Numbered from the stretch's first letter, positions 53,655-64,000 are shown. The stretch is 64,000 nucleotides of DNA from a bacterium (GCA_021781215.1 JAJXXC010000008.1:6965-70964), one strand, 5' to 3'. Numbers and translations are program-made. The notes: generated by a model not told the origin, from the sequence alone.

Positions 53655-54785
53655 TTAAAAATATCTTTTTATATCAACTATAGTAATTAAAACAAAGATC
53701 AAAAGTAATGCCGCCATTCCACTCCCGTGTATTAATTCTTCAGTTTTCTGTTTTAGTGGCCTTTTTAATAAAACACGTGGTATCACAGTGAAAAATAATC
53801 GCCCGCCATCTAGGGCTGGGATCGGTAAAATATTGATTATGGCCAAAGATAGAGAGATTATTGCAACTATTAGAAATATAAACCTATAGCCTAGAAGACT
53901 GCCATTCTTTAAGAGGACTACGATACCAACTGGTCCCGAAACCTGTGAAGACGCTTTAGTAGTATTGCCCTGTATAAGTCCCATAATAGCATTGCCTATA
54001 CCCTTGAAAGTAAGGACGGTTACCTGTTTCATGAAACCAACTGCAACTATTGGTGCAGACCAAGTATACTTTTTAATTATATAATTTGATGGCTCTACCC
54101 CCAAATACCCCTTAGGACTACTCGTTTTAAGGCTAGCTCTAACATCAGAGGCCGTACGAAGCGTAACTTTACTAGAATAATTAACACCATTACGTTGATA
54201 ATTGATAATTATATTATTTCCTGCATTATCTTCCGTGATCTTTGATAGCGTAGTTATGTTATTAACATCTATAGTTTCTCCATGAGAATTAACTATACTT
54301 AGTATATTATCTTGCGGTTTAATATTGATTTTTGATGCCGGAGAATTGGGCTGTATATACCCTGCCAATACTTCTTGTTTAGTTATTGTTGAGTCACCAG
54401 CTATGCTAAACTGATGATTCACAATCTGCGGCAGCCCTATGATTGCCAAAAAAGTTAATATAATAAAACTAGCCGCTAGATTCATCCCCACGCCAGCACT
54501 AATAATTTTAGTTTTAGCCCATAGACTTGCTTCGCCAAAGCTGCCCTTCCCCCTATCACTATCATGTTCTCCCTTTAACCGTACGAAGCCGCCTAATGGT
54601 AGCCAATTGAGGCTAAGTATATAGCCTGATGACATCTTCTTAGATAATGCAGTTGGCGGGAAGCCAATACCAAATTCTTCAACTATTACCTTGTTTCTTC
54701 TAGCAACTATAAAATGACCAAATTCATGAATTATTATTAAAGAGATGAATAATACTATCCCAAGAATTAGTAAAAAAACTGACAT
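53655..54785 (-). CDS. rseP: Site-2 (M50) intramembrane zinc metalloprotease RseP-like with PDZ
   Basis: It has HEFGHFIVAR (HExxH), a central PDZ-like region, and C-terminal NILPIPALDGG. Confidence 0.85.
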   Translation of the reverse strand: MSVFLLILGIVLFISLIIIHEFGHFIVARRNKVIVEEFGIGFPPTALSKKMSSGYILSLNWLPLGGFVRLKGEHDSDRGKGSFGEASLWAKTKIISAGVGMNLAASFIILTFLAIIGLPQIVNHQFSIAGDSTITKQEVLAGYIQPNSPASKINIKPQDNILSIVNSHGETIDVNNITTLSKITEDNAGNNIIINYQRNGVNYSSKVTLRTASDVRASLKTSSPKGYLGVEPSNYIIKKYTWSAPIVAVGFMKQVTVLTFKGIGNAIMGLIQGNTTKASSQVSGPVGIVVLLKNGSLLGYRFIFLIVAIISLSLAIINILPIPALDGGRLFFTVIPRVLLKRPLKQKTEELIHGSGMAALLLIFVLITIVDIKRYF

Positions 54786-55480
54786 TATTTACCAAATCTT
54801 CTTTCGCGCCTAGAGTACTCTTCTAAGGCTTTGTTCAGATCATCTTTAGTAAATGCCGGCCAATGTTTTTCCACGAATAATAGTTCTGCATAACTAATTC
54901 TCCAAAGCATAAAATTGCTAATCCTTTGCTCTCCAGAAGTTCTAACCATAAGATCTATTTTTGGAATATTCGTGCCATATAGATTATTTTCTATCATATC
55001 TGAGTTGATCTTTTCCTTTGGAATTTTTTTATCTATTATTTTATGGAAGGCTTCGACTATTTCTTGATATCCACCATAGTTAAAGCAAATACATAGCGTC
55101 CCTTTTTTGTTATTTTTAGTTTTTTCTTCTGCAACATGAATAGAATCAAGTAATTTTTTGCTAAGCTTTTGCGTACTACCCAACCAAACAATTCGTATCT
55201 TATTTTTATTCAACTCGTCGATATCTTTTGTAAGCATTCTATATGCAAGATTCATCAAATAAGTCACCTCTCTCTTAGAGCGGTCCCAGTTTTCTAATGA
55301 AAAAATATAAGCCGAAACGTAATTTACTCCAGAATCAAATGCATACTTAGCTATTGTTTTGAGATTATCGTAACCTTTTTTATGGCCCTGGAATGAGGTC
55401 ATGTCATGTTCTCTTGCCCAGCGTCGATTTCCGTCTAAAATTAATCCTAAATGATTTGGTATTGATATATTATCGGGCAT
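54785..55480 (-). CDS. uppS: Undecaprenyl-diphosphate synthase (cis-isoprenyl transferase)
   Basis: It has HLGLILDGNRRWA, FSLENW and RTSGEQRISNFMLWRISYAEL. Confidence 0.95.
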   Translation of the reverse strand: MPDNISIPNHLGLILDGNRRWAREHDMTSFQGHKKGYDNLKTIAKYAFDSGVNYVSAYIFSLENWDRSKREVTYLMNLAYRMLTKDIDELNKNKIRIVWLGSTQKLSKKLLDSIHVAEEKTKNNKKGTLCICFNYGGYQEIVEAFHKIIDKKIPKEKINSDMIENNLYGTNIPKIDLMVRTSGEQRISNFMLWRISYAELLFVEKHWPAFTKDDLNKALEEYSRRERRFGK

Positions 55481-55491
55481 AATTATTAAGA

Positions 55492-56055
55492 CTAAATAGT
55501 CATAACCTCTTTCTCTTTAGCAGAGATTAGCAATTCAACCTTGTTTTTGTACTCAATCATTAATGAGTCAATTTGCTTAGATAACCTGTTGAAATCATCT
55601 TCGCTAATTAACTTAGATTTTTTATCATTTTCCAACAGCTTTAAGGAGTCGTGTCTTACCCCCCTCATTGATATTAGACATTTTTCTGATATATCACCCA
55701 ATTGCTTAACAATAGCCTGCCTTCTCTCGGTAGTTAAGGATGGTATTGAGATTCTAATCACTGTTCCATCATCAACTGGATTAAGGCCCAGGTTTTGGTC
55801 TTCTCTAATGGACTTAGCTATTGACTGGATATTAGAGCTGTCAAACGGCGTGATCTGCAGTAGTTGAGCCTCCGGAGCAATGACAGTTGCTAACTGCTTT
55901 AGTGGCATTTCAGTCTGATAAGCATTAACCATAATTTTATCAAGAATGGCTGCATTAGCCCTGCCGGTTCTAATCTTAGCCAAATCATCTTCAAAATAAG
56001 CCAATGACTGCTTTAACTTAGTAATAGTATTTTCTATTATTTTACTGCTGTCCAT
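55492..56055 (-). CDS. frr: Ribosome recycling factor
   Basis: It has FEDDLAKIRTGRANAAILDKI and PSLTTERRQAIVKQ. Confidence 0.95.
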   Translation of the reverse strand: MDSSKIIENTITKLKQSLAYFEDDLAKIRTGRANAAILDKIMVNAYQTEMPLKQLATVIAPEAQLLQITPFDSSNIQSIAKSIREDQNLGLNPVDDGTVIRISIPSLTTERRQAIVKQLGDISEKCLISMRGVRHDSLKLLENDKKSKLISEDDFNRLSKQIDSLMIEYKNKVELLISAKEKEVMTI

Positions 56056-56123
56056 TTATAAAATCCGGTCTATTGAAAAATATATTTAAGCTTTTAGTTT
56101 GTAGTATTCTAATTTTACTAGGA

Positions 56124-56720
56124 CTAGTTGACTTCGCCTAGTGCCATTCTATTGAAACGTCTAACTACTATGTTTTCGCCTAATTTGGCAATATGCTCTT
56201 TTATGTAATTTCCCACTGTTTGATCAGGATTCTTTACATATGGTTGGTCTAGTAGGCATATTTCGGAAAAATGTTTCTTTATCATACCCTGCACGATTTG
56301 CGGCAATATATTATCTGGCTTGCCCTCAGACTTAGCTTTTTTCATAAACTCTTCTTCAGTTTTAGCCATCACGTTCTTGTCCACGTCATCAATGCTTACA
56401 TATATTGGATTACTGGCAGCGATATGCATGGCTAAGTCTTTAACAAGATTTGTGAAAAGTTCATTTCTAGCAACAAAATCTGTTTCACAATTTACCTCAA
56501 GCAATACTCCGATTCGATTATCGTGGTTATAAGTAGATATAACACCCGATCTAGCCTCGCGCTCTGATCTTTTATCAGCCTTAGTGATACCTTTTTTGCG
56601 CATGGCGTCAAGGGCTTTATCAAAGTCCCCCTTAGCCTCAACAAGGGCCTTTTTTGCATCAGTAATACCAACGCCAGTTAATGATCTTAGCCGTTTAATT
56701 TCTTCTATCGTAATATCCAT
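56124..56720 (-). CDS. tsf: Elongation factor Ts (short form)
   Basis: It has an N-terminal UBA-like block (IKRLRSLTGVGITDAKKALVEAKGDFDKALDAMRKKG) and LLEVNCETDFVARN. Confidence 0.9.
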   Translation of the reverse strand: MDITIEEIKRLRSLTGVGITDAKKALVEAKGDFDKALDAMRKKGITKADKRSEREARSGVISTYNHDNRIGVLLEVNCETDFVARNELFTNLVKDLAMHIAASNPIYVSIDDVDKNVMAKTEEEFMKKAKSEGKPDNILPQIVQGMIKKHFSEICLLDQPYVKNPDQTVGNYIKEHIAKLGENIVVRRFNRMALGEVN

Positions 56721-56730
56721 ATTTACCTCC

Positions 56731-57465
56731 TTATTTATCTTTAGCTTCAGGCTCAGCTAGAGTATTTTTATCTTTTTTAACCATACCAGTCGATATGGCT
56801 TTATCTAAATATTCCGCAACCAATTTAATGGTTTGAATAGAGTCGTCATTACAAGGTATCGGAAAATCTACTAAACTTGGGTCTGCATTAGTATCGACCA
56901 AGGCAATAACAGGAATACTAAGCTTCTTTGCCTCTTTAATAGCATTTAGCTCATGCATAACGTCTTCAACAAACACTACTCCTGGCTTACCATTTAAATT
57001 CTTAATCCCGCCATATAGATGATTCATGCTATCAATTTCTTCTTGATATCTCTGAACTTCAAGTTTGCTATATTTAGCGCTAAGCTGTCCAGACTCCATT
57101 CTTGTCTCAAGATCCTTCAAATGTTTAATTCGATTACCTATGGTATCAGAATTAGTAAGCATGCCTCCAAGCCACCTCTCTACAACGTATGGCATTTTAG
57201 TTTTTACGGCTAAGTCTTTCAAGGTATCGTGTGCCTGAGTTTTAGTCCCCACTAATAAGATTTGCTTACCCTGGCTAACAATTTCCTCAATATAGGAAAG
57301 CGCAGGACCAAAGGCCTCTACGGTTTTATTTAAGTCTATAATGTGTCCTCCATTTCGAGAACTATGTATGAATTGCTTCATCTTAGGGTGCCACTTACTA
57401 GTCTTGTGACCAAAATGAGCACCAGATTCAAATAATTTTTTTATATCTATATCTACACTTGCCAC
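56731..57465 (-). CDS. rpsB: 30S ribosomal protein S2
   Basis: It has a GTG start preceded by GGAAGAAGGA, LFESGAHFGHKTSKWHPKM and VALVDTNADP. Confidence 0.95.
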   Translation of the reverse strand: MASVDIDIKKLFESGAHFGHKTSKWHPKMKQFIHSSRNGGHIIDLNKTVEAFGPALSYIEEIVSQGKQILLVGTKTQAHDTLKDLAVKTKMPYVVERWLGGMLTNSDTIGNRIKHLKDLETRMESGQLSAKYSKLEVQRYQEEIDSMNHLYGGIKNLNGKPGVVFVEDVMHELNAIKEAKKLSIPVIALVDTNADPSLVDFPIPCNDDSIQTIKLVAEYLDKAISTGMVKKDKNTLAEPEAKDK

Positions 57466-57647
57466 ATCATCCTTCTTCCTCGTTTAGGCAACCTATTTTT
57501 ATAGGAGGATAAACATCCTAAACTGTTCTTTAGTTTATTATTATGAGTAATATATTAACAGATATTTACATCTGTTTCAATATATAAAATGTCTCGATTT
57601 ATCAAAGGCTATATTTTACAGAATAAATAATATACATACGCATACTG

Positions 57648-57676
57648 TTGACCGGTGATAAATTTTAATCTATAAT
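57648..57676 (+). promoter_or_regulatory. Sigma70-type promoter for rpmE (TTGACC-17 nt-TATAAT)
   Basis: The -35 is at 57648-57653 and the -10 at 57671-57676. The ATG at 57692 is only 15 nt past the -10, implying a very short leader without a Shine-Dalgarno. Confidence 0.5.
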
Positions 57677-57691
57677 TACTCCTAAATAATT

Positions 57692-58027
57692 ATGAAAAAA
57701 TCGATTCACCCACAAAACTACAGACCCGTAGTCTTTCAAGATCTTAATAATAGCCAAACATTTTTAACTAAATCAACGGCCGAGACTGATGCCACTATCA
57801 TTTTAGACGGAGTCGAATATCCATTGGTAAAAATCCATATTTCAAGTGCGTCTCACCCATTCTTTACCGGACAAGAAAAACTTGTAGACATAGAAGGTCG
57901 AGTAGATAAATTCAATGCACGACTAGCCGCATCAAAAAATAAAAAGAAAGTTCAAAAAAAGAGCTTAAAAGCTGCTCCTAAAAGCGAACCTTCAAAAAAA
58001 TTGTCTGACCTAAAACCAAAGAACTAA
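57692..58027 (+). CDS. rpmE: 50S ribosomal protein L31, type B (no CxxC zinc motif) with Lys-rich C-terminal extension
   Basis: It has MKKSIHPQNYRPVVFQD and SSASHPFFTGQEKLVDIEGRVDKF. The last about 35 aa are K/S/P-rich. Confidence 0.9.
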   Translation: MKKSIHPQNYRPVVFQDLNNSQTFLTKSTAETDATIILDGVEYPLVKIHISSASHPFFTGQEKLVDIEGRVDKFNARLAASKNKKKVQKKSLKAAPKSEPSKKLSDLKPKN

Positions 58028-58086
58028 AGATTACTTAGTCTACACTACTAGCGTCAAAATATAGCATATAGCGCGAGGAATTCTAA

Positions 58087-59142
58087 ATGGAACAACAAGA
58101 ATCTAATCTTAGAAATGAGCTAGACTCAATAAATATCGAACTGGCTAACCCGGAGATTTTCTCATCAAAAAAATATCCACAAATTGCTAGAAGAAAAAAT
58201 CAGATCGAATCCATATTAGTACTATTCGACCAGAATAAAAAAATATTGAGTGGATTAGAGTCGAACAAGTTACTCCTAGAATCCAGTGATCATGATTTAG
58301 CCGAATTAGCCAATCAAGAACGACAAGAACTAGAGCTGTCTCTTGAACAAAATATCAATGCATTACGTGAAGCGTTAATACCAAAAGATCCAAATGATGA
58401 ACGAAATGTAATTATTGAGATCAGGGCGGCTGCTGGTGGTGACGAGGCTAGTTTATTCGCGAGTGAACTATTAAAAATGTATATGAAATGGTCCGAAAAT
58501 CATAATTATAAGTTTGAATTAATTAGTCAAAGTATTAATGAAGCTGGTGGATTAAAAGAAGTTGTAGCCAGTATTAACGGTTTAGATGCGTACAAAAATC
58601 TTAAATTCGAGGGTGGGGTTCACAGAGTGCAACGTATACCGTCTACCGAATCCCAGGGCAGAATCCACACTAGCACAGTAACTGTCGCAATTATGCCCGA
58701 AGCAGAAGAAACAGACATTGAAATAGACCCAAAAGATTTAAGAATTGATGTCTATCGATCTGGAGGAAATGGCGGACAAAGTGTTAATACAACGGATTCA
58801 GCGGTAAGAATAACCCACATACCTTCAGGGATAGTGGTAACTCAACAAGACGAAAAAAGCCAAATAAAGAATAGGAATAAGGCAATGAACGTCTTAAAAG
58901 CTAGACTATTAGCCCAAAAAATTAGTGAAGAACAAAAATTATTATCAGACGCAAGAATTAAACTAATAGGCTCTGGCGATAGGAGCGAAAAAATTAGAAC
59001 TTATAATTTTCCCCAAGATCGTATAACTGATCATCGTATTGGCTATAGCAGAAGTAATATTCCCGCGGCCCTAAATGGTGAAATTGATGATTTAATATCT
59101 AGACTTAAAGACTATGAGAACCAACTTATTAACAACGAATAG
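58087..59142 (+). CDS. prfA: Peptide chain release factor 1
   Basis: It has the PxT-type motif [14 protein letters not shown] and the GGQ motif [20 protein letters not shown]. Confidence 0.95.
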   Translation: MEQQESNLRNELDSINIELANPEIFSSKKYPQIARRKNQIESILVLFDQNKKILSGLESNKLLLESSDHDLAELANQERQELELSLEQNINALREALIPKDPNDERNVIIEIRAAAGGDEASLFASELLKMYMKWSENHNYKFELISQSINEAGGLKEVVASINGLDAYKNLKFEGGVHRVQRIPSTESQGRIHTSTVTVAIMPEAEETDIEIDPKDLRIDVYRSGGNGGQSVNTTDSAVRITHIPSGIVVTQQDEKSQIKNRNKAMNVLKARLLAQKISEEQKLLSDARIKLIGSGDRSEKIRTYNFPQDRITDHRIGYSRSNIPAALNGEIDDLISRLKDYENQLINNE

Positions 59143-59935
59143 CGAATGGCTTAAAAACGCAACTCAGAAATTAACAGTCGCTGGTGTTGAATCGGCCTCT
59201 ATTGATTCGTTGATAATACTTTGCTTTAGTTTAAGTCTTCCGAAGCTTGAAATATTAACAAACCCCAACAAAATACTCACTAGAAAAGAATTGAAGTTGG
59301 CAAATAAACTTCTTACTAAAAGATTAGAGCATTATCCAATCTCGTATCTTACTAAACAGGTTGAATTTTATAATCGAACATTTTATATCGACAGGCGAGT
59401 TCTTTCACCCAGACCAGAATCAGAATCATTTATTAATTTATTGAAATTATCTGATATATCTAACCTAAAATATCTAACTGATGTAGGCTGCGGCAGTGGT
59501 GTATTGGGAATAACTTCAAAATTGGAATTTCCACATTTAAATATAGAGCTACTGGATAATTCAAAAAACGCACTTAAAGTAACTGGCATAAATGTAGATA
59601 AATTTCAAATATCCTCGAAGATTAAATTAAGCAATCTTATCGGTAATTCCGATTACAAATTCGATATTATTTTAGCCAATTTACCATACATACCATACAC
59701 AACAACTATTAATAGGGCTGCTAGTTTTGAACCTAAGATGTCAATTTTTGCGCCTGATAATGGACTACATTTCTATAAGGCACTGGCTAGACAACTAGTT
59801 GTAAAAAAAAAGAATCCAAAATATATTTTCATTGAATGTCTCGACAACCAAATAACAGAGTTAACCAAATTATTTAGCAATAATTCTTACAAGCTAACAA
59901 TGTCAGAAGGACTAGTTCATCGTTTTAGTAGATGA
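59114..59935 (+). CDS. prmC: Release factor glutamine N5-methyltransferase PrmC (HemK)
   Basis: It has SAM motif [11 protein letters not shown] and the catalytic ANLPYIP (NPPY variant). It lies directly after prfA with a 29-nt overlap. Confidence 0.8.
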   Translation: MRTNLLTTNSEWLKNATQKLTVAGVESASIDSLIILCFSLSLPKLEILTNPNKILTRKELKLANKLLTKRLEHYPISYLTKQVEFYNRTFYIDRRVLSPRPESESFINLLKLSDISNLKYLTDVGCGSGVLGITSKLEFPHLNIELLDNSKNALKVTGINVDKFQISSKIKLSNLIGNSDYKFDIILANLPYIPYTTTINRAASFEPKMSIFAPDNGLHFYKALARQLVVKKKNPKYIFIECLDNQITELTKLFSNNSYKLTMSEGLVHRFSR

Positions 59936-59938
59936 ATT

Positions 59939-61204
59939 TTACTCACTACCTACTGTTATCGGAATATTTTCAAGTACTCCGTTTCTAAGTACGCTAAGAT
60001 TTAGCTGTGTGCCGGCTTGGTTTTGGTCGATTATTGACACTAGGCTATTATTTTGATTAATAGGAACGCCATTAACTGATTCAATAACATCCCCTTCCCG
60101 AAGACCTGCACGCGATGCAGGACTATTCGCTACTATCGGAGACCGATTCTGATTCTGGGTCGAAGTCGGTATATATGCTCCAGATGTTACGCTCAAATTA
60201 TACTGTTTAGCTACCGCGGGGGAGATTGACACGTAATAAACTCCAAGATACGGTCTCATAAATTTGCCGGTATCTAGAACGCCCTTAATGATGCCCTTAA
60301 CGTCATTGATGGGTATGGAAAAGCCGATGTTTTGGGCGCCATTGCTCGCAACTGCAGTATTAATTCCTATTACCCTGCCGCTATCATCAATTAGTGGACC
60401 CCCAGAGTTGCCTGAGTTTATAGCTGCGTCTGTCTGTATCATGTCCTGTAAAGTCTCCGTGTTTGTTGACATAATATTACCACTGCTATCGCCTGCCTGA
60501 ATTGATCTACCGCGACCAGATATTATTCCACTAGTTACTGTATTTTGAAACTCACCCAAAGCATTGCCAATAGCCACTACGCTGTCGCCTATGGCTATCT
60601 TATTTGAATCCCCAAGAAGAGCTGGCTGTAAATTTGCTGGTGGATTATTAATTTTTAATACCGCTATATCAAGCGAATCACTCTGGCTAGTCTCACCCAC
60701 TACGCTAATATTATTCAAAACTGTTCCGTTGCTCATAGTAATACTAACTGACATAGTACCGGCTGGAACTACGTGCCTATTGGTCACGACATAACCACTA
60801 TTGCTAACAATGATTCCAGTGCCTGAACTTTCCTGCTGACTTGGTTGACTAAATCCAAATACATTGGTGACTTGAGTGGCGCTGATCGCATTCACAGACA
60901 CTACACTCGGACTGACAGTACTAGCTATAACAGATACAAGTTGGCTATTCGCTGGGCTAACAATTTCTTTAACTTGAGTTGAGGCTATGCTTTGATGCCT
61001 GTATTGCAAAATTGCCCCTGCATAACCAGCACCAAAACTGATTACTAAGATAATAAAAAGGTATGTAAACCTATTATTCAGCTTTTTTAAATCTTGGACC
61101 TTGCCTGAGTTTATAAAATTAGATTTTATCTCGTTAATCTTCCTATTAGGTACAGGAAGTGCTTCGTATGATCCTTCCTTTGATTTTTTAGTTTCTGGTT
61201 TCAT
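59939..61204 (-). CDS. HtrA/DegP-family serine protease (S1C) with one PDZ domain
   Basis: It has an N-terminal anchor, a catalytic triad (TNRHVV, DIAVLKI, GNSGGPL) and a C-terminal PDZ (GLREGDVIESVNG). Confidence 0.85.
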   Translation of the reverse strand: MKPETKKSKEGSYEALPVPNRKINEIKSNFINSGKVQDLKKLNNRFTYLFIILVISFGAGYAGAILQYRHQSIASTQVKEIVSPANSQLVSVIASTVSPSVVSVNAISATQVTNVFGFSQPSQQESSGTGIIVSNSGYVVTNRHVVPAGTMSVSITMSNGTVLNNISVVGETSQSDSLDIAVLKINNPPANLQPALLGDSNKIAIGDSVVAIGNALGEFQNTVTSGIISGRGRSIQAGDSSGNIMSTNTETLQDMIQTDAAINSGNSGGPLIDDSGRVIGINTAVASNGAQNIGFSIPINDVKGIIKGVLDTGKFMRPYLGVYYVSISPAVAKQYNLSVTSGAYIPTSTQNQNRSPIVANSPASRAGLREGDVIESVNGVPINQNNSLVSIIDQNQAGTQLNLSVLRNGVLENIPITVGSE

Positions 61205-61282
61205 TTAATCTCCAAAATTTTTACTTATCTTGATATAAACATTTTTGTCTGAATAACGACTGAATAACGATAGATTTTTTTT

Positions 61283-62038
61283 CTAAAATGTCTTAGAGCT
61301 CCAGTCAGAAAGAAATACAATTACAAACACCAACGCTATCATTACCATAATGATCTGTTTTTTATTTTGATTATTCAGTTTATCGTTTTCTTTAAGATAG
61401 TATAGACTACCCAACCCAAGACCAATAGTGCTGAGTAGTACAGTTGGCTGGGCATAGGTGCCGTAATAATATAGTAGCCAATGACCCAAAACCCAGACTA
61501 ATGCAGCTGAAAAATATCCCCACGCGTGTGAATACATTGAGGCAAACGATTCATCAAATATAGTAAAGAAGTGTCTGGCCGCAAGGTAGCAAACAAGCCA
61601 CGTAGCTATTATTAAAAGCACTAGCGGGGGGGCTAAACTGCTTTGGAAGCTAAAAATAGCCATAAGGCCAATAAATTGACCAAAAAAAGCCTGCATTGCA
61701 ATAAAAATACCGCTAGATCTTGGCTTAATTACCGTCAGCCATATAACGTATAGCACAGCAAATATTAACTGCACTACTTCTGAGCTAGTATGATTTAGAA
61801 ACTCTAGATACGATAGGCCAATAATTATATCTATGCCGTTAGCACGTAGATTAGGCAACCAATATCTGGGTTTTACTGCTAAAACACGCCATTTACTTAT
61901 CAGAAATAGTATAATCGCAAACCACGGATCAAAATGCATGAGTATGAATAGCAGAAATGGTAATAGCGCATTCAGCCCCACATGGATTACATACGGAACG
62001 CCATTCTTTGGTTTTAGTCTTTCCCTAATTGATCTCAT
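61283..62038 (-). CDS. Hypothetical polytopic membrane protein
   Basis: About 7 hydrophobic helices and no recognisable motif. Confidence 0.4.
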   Translation of the reverse strand: MRSIRERLKPKNGVPYVIHVGLNALLPFLLFILMHFDPWFAIILFLISKWRVLAVKPRYWLPNLRANGIDIIIGLSYLEFLNHTSSEVVQLIFAVLYVIWLTVIKPRSSGIFIAMQAFFGQFIGLMAIFSFQSSLAPPLVLLIIATWLVCYLAARHFFTIFDESFASMYSHAWGYFSAALVWVLGHWLLYYYGTYAQPTVLLSTIGLGLGSLYYLKENDKLNNQNKKQIIMVMIALVFVIVFLSDWSSKTF

Positions 62039-62190
62039 AGTAGTTTGTAGATAATTATATCAAATAGTGGCCAATAGTAGCATCTCTAGTCTTATAAATA
62101 CTATATAGCTAGTATGATACAGCTATAAATTCAAATTTGCATACTTTAGAATTAACTAAAATATAATGTTATAATTTAAGTAACTTACCT

Positions 62191-62784
62191 ATGGAATCAG
62201 ATCAAATAAAACCAAAAAGACACGAGATATTTTCCACTCTTTTAATGTTTTTTTTAGCAATACTAATTGCCTTTTTACTTACAGCTTACGTTTTTCAACA
62301 ATATCAAGTTGATGGACCAAGTATGCAAACATCTCTATATAATCAAAACAGACTTATAGTCGTAAAATACAAAAGAACTTGGGCAAGAATTACTGGGCAT
62401 CCATATATTCCTAAGCGAGGTGACATAATTATTTTTAATCAAAATGGTCTTTATAATATTAATGGACTACCAGAAAAAACATTAGTAAAAAGAGTTATCG
62501 GCCTACCCGGTGATCGAGTAGTCATATCTAACGGCGTGGTAAAAATATACAATAAAAAACACCCTGCTGGCTTTTATCCCGACAAAACACTATCTTATGG
62601 CAAAGTAATTGGTTACACTAGTGGCAATATTGATATAACACTACCTAAAAATTATATTTATGTTATGGGTGACAATCGATCAGACTCACTAGATTCTAGG
62701 GTTTTTGGGCCAGTTAATGCTAATCAGATTATCGGCAAACTAGTGCTTAGAGTATACCCTTTTAATACCGTAAAACTTTTTTAG
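62191..62784 (+). CDS. lepB: Signal peptidase I
   Basis: It has the GPSMQTSL catalytic Ser box, the KRVIGLPGD Lys box, and GDNRSDSLDSR. Confidence 0.9.
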   Translation: MESDQIKPKRHEIFSTLLMFFLAILIAFLLTAYVFQQYQVDGPSMQTSLYNQNRLIVVKYKRTWARITGHPYIPKRGDIIIFNQNGLYNINGLPEKTLVKRVIGLPGDRVVISNGVVKIYNKKHPAGFYPDKTLSYGKVIGYTSGNIDITLPKNYIYVMGDNRSDSLDSRVFGPVNANQIIGKLVLRVYPFNTVKLF

Positions 62785-62792
62785 TGTCGGAC

Positions 62793-63665
62793 TTATATTA
62801 ATATTTGATTGATTATATCCTTGAGATTCTGGTCGGAAGTAAAGCTAATTTCGAGCTTACCTCCATTGGCAGTTCTCCTTATACTCACAGGTGCAGATAT
62901 CGCTCTTGCTAACATCTGCGTTTCTACGGTCTCTTTTGCCATATGTAGTCTCATGTCGTCTATTGGCTTATTCTGTTTTTTAACACCAACGACAAACTGT
63001 TCAGCTTGTCTCACAGACCAATGATACTTTATTATAGATTCCAACAGTTGGTTAAGTTTATCTGGATCATCCTTGAGCGATACGAGAGCTTTTGCATGGC
63101 CTTCAGTTATCTGTCTATTTTCTAATGCCTTCTTAGCCGACTCTGGTAGCGACAAGAGCCTTACACTATTAGTGATAGTTGGTTCAGCCTTACCTAGCCT
63201 AAGAGCAATAGCTGAATAAGGCATTTTGAATATATCATGTAGCTTCTCGATTGATAATGCTTGCTCTAGTGGTGATAGATCAACTCTTTGAACATTTTCT
63301 ACTATGGCAATTTCTAGCTTTTCAAGCTCTTTAAGGGTTCTAACTATTACCGGTAAGCTCTTTAGGCCAATTTTTTTTGCAGCCTGCCATCGTCTTTCAC
63401 CTGCGATAATAATGTATTTAGCTCCGTCTTTAGATTTTGGAGATACAATTAACGGTTGTAGGATCCCGTGTTGTTTTATAGATTCACCCAATTCGTCAAT
63501 CGCATCTTGATTAAAATTTTTACGAGGCTGATCCTTATTGGGTTCAATCTTGTCTATATCTATCTTTTGAATCCTTTCACTCTCATTCAGCAAAAAACTA
63601 GAGTCGAAGTTTTTAGGCAATAACGATTCTATTCCCCGTCCTAAACTTATATTTTTTTTAGCCAT
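62793..63665 (-). CDS. parB: Chromosome partitioning protein ParB/Spo0J
   Basis: It has GILQPLIV, IIAGERRWQAAK and an HTH region (SAIALRLGKAEPTITNSVRLL). Confidence 0.9.
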   Translation of the reverse strand: MAKKNISLGRGIESLLPKNFDSSFLLNESERIQKIDIDKIEPNKDQPRKNFNQDAIDELGESIKQHGILQPLIVSPKSKDGAKYIIIAGERRWQAAKKIGLKSLPVIVRTLKELEKLEIAIVENVQRVDLSPLEQALSIEKLHDIFKMPYSAIALRLGKAEPTITNSVRLLSLPESAKKALENRQITEGHAKALVSLKDDPDKLNQLLESIIKYHWSVRQAEQFVVGVKKQNKPIDDMRLHMAKETVETQMLARAISAPVSIRRTANGGKLEISFTSDQNLKDIINQILI

Positions 63666-64000
63666 TTTGTTTCTCCATTATTAGTACTTCATTTGCAAAT
63701 TGTTTATATGCTCTAGCCCCTTTACTCCATCTGTCGTGTTGAAATATAGTTTTACCAAAACTTGGCGCCTCTGCTAATCTAACATTCCTAGGAATAATAG
63801 CTTTAAAAACTTTATTTCCAAAATGTTGTCTAATCTGCATGCTGACTTGCTCAGATAAGCTAGTCCTTTTATCATACATAGTTAGCAAAACTCCTAATAG
63901 TTCTAACCTTGGATTTAAGCCTTCTCTAACTCTCTGGGTAACATCCAAGAGCTGTCCAAGTCCTTCCATGGCGTAATACTCAGTTTGTACAGGAATAATT
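63658..64000 (-). CDS. parA: Chromosome partitioning ATPase ParA/Soj, C-terminal part; 5' end outside window
   Basis: The frame stays open to the window edge (IIPVQTEYYAMEGL...), followed by LLTMYDKRTSL and RLAEAPSFGKTI. It overlaps the parB start by 8 nt. Confidence 0.85.
   Translation of the reverse strand, partial: IIPVQTEYYAMEGLGQLLDVTQRVREGLNPRLELLGVLLTMYDKRTSLSEQVSMQIRQHFGNKVFKAIIPRNVRLAEAPSFGKTIFQHDRWSKGARAYKQFANEVLIMEKQNG

Noticed and set aside
56480-56495. parS-like half site TGTTTCAC
   Set aside because: The second half (GTGAAACA) is absent. It lies inside tsf and is most likely chance.
1-64000. CRISPR arrays, IS elements, prophage or known defence-system genes
   Set aside because: No regularly spaced short repeats were seen, and no transposase, integrase, phage or defence-type proteins were recognised anywhere in the window.

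Overview
This is a visibly AT-rich, very gene-dense chromosomal segment. Most intergenic gaps are under 80 nt and many genes overlap by 1-14 nt. About 75 protein genes, one tRNA and one probable RNase P RNA can be supported. Content is mostly housekeeping. It includes translation genes (der, pth, rpmA, rpsB, tsf, frr, rpmE, prfA, prfB, prmC, hpf, glyQS, serS, lysS, proS, greA). It includes envelope and division genes (a reduced mraZ-rsmH-ftsL-mraY-ftsW-murG-ftsQ cluster, ftsEX plus a CHAP hydrolase plus Ctp, uppS, rseP, lepB, htrA). It also includes secA, topA, pyrG, xseAB, recO and parAB. 39 of the 41 genes between 18.4 and 57.5 kb are on the minus strand. The only clearly accessory part is the left end (1-7.6 kb): an amino-sugar tailoring cluster and a tightly coupled operon of tiny membrane proteins next to tRNA-Glu(CUC). 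TGA is used as a stop codon and both RF1 and RF2 are present, so the standard code 11 applies. GTG and TTG starts are common. Gene content and style suggest a small-genome CPR/Patescibacteria-like (for example Saccharibacteria-like) organism: a reduced dcw cluster, a sigma-region-4/HARE-HTH protein, a ProRS without an editing domain, and lysine-rich tails. That assignment is inference only. No transposase, integrase, CRISPR array or recognisable defence system was seen. The most interesting unexplained items are: (i) an unannotated, atypical RNase P RNA filling the pth-topA gap and abutting the topA start; (ii) a 638-bp non-coding gap between convergent genes with flanking 16-nt direct repeats, four hairpins and a minus-strand terminator, possibly an unknown ncRNA; (iii) an Asp-to-Glu pseudo-receiver coupled to a degenerate kinase-like protein and recO; (iv) a response regulator with a 240-bp tandem duplication in a disordered tail; (v) the sugar island with a FemAB-like transferase. 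All calls come from reading motifs by eye. No searches or folding programs were run.
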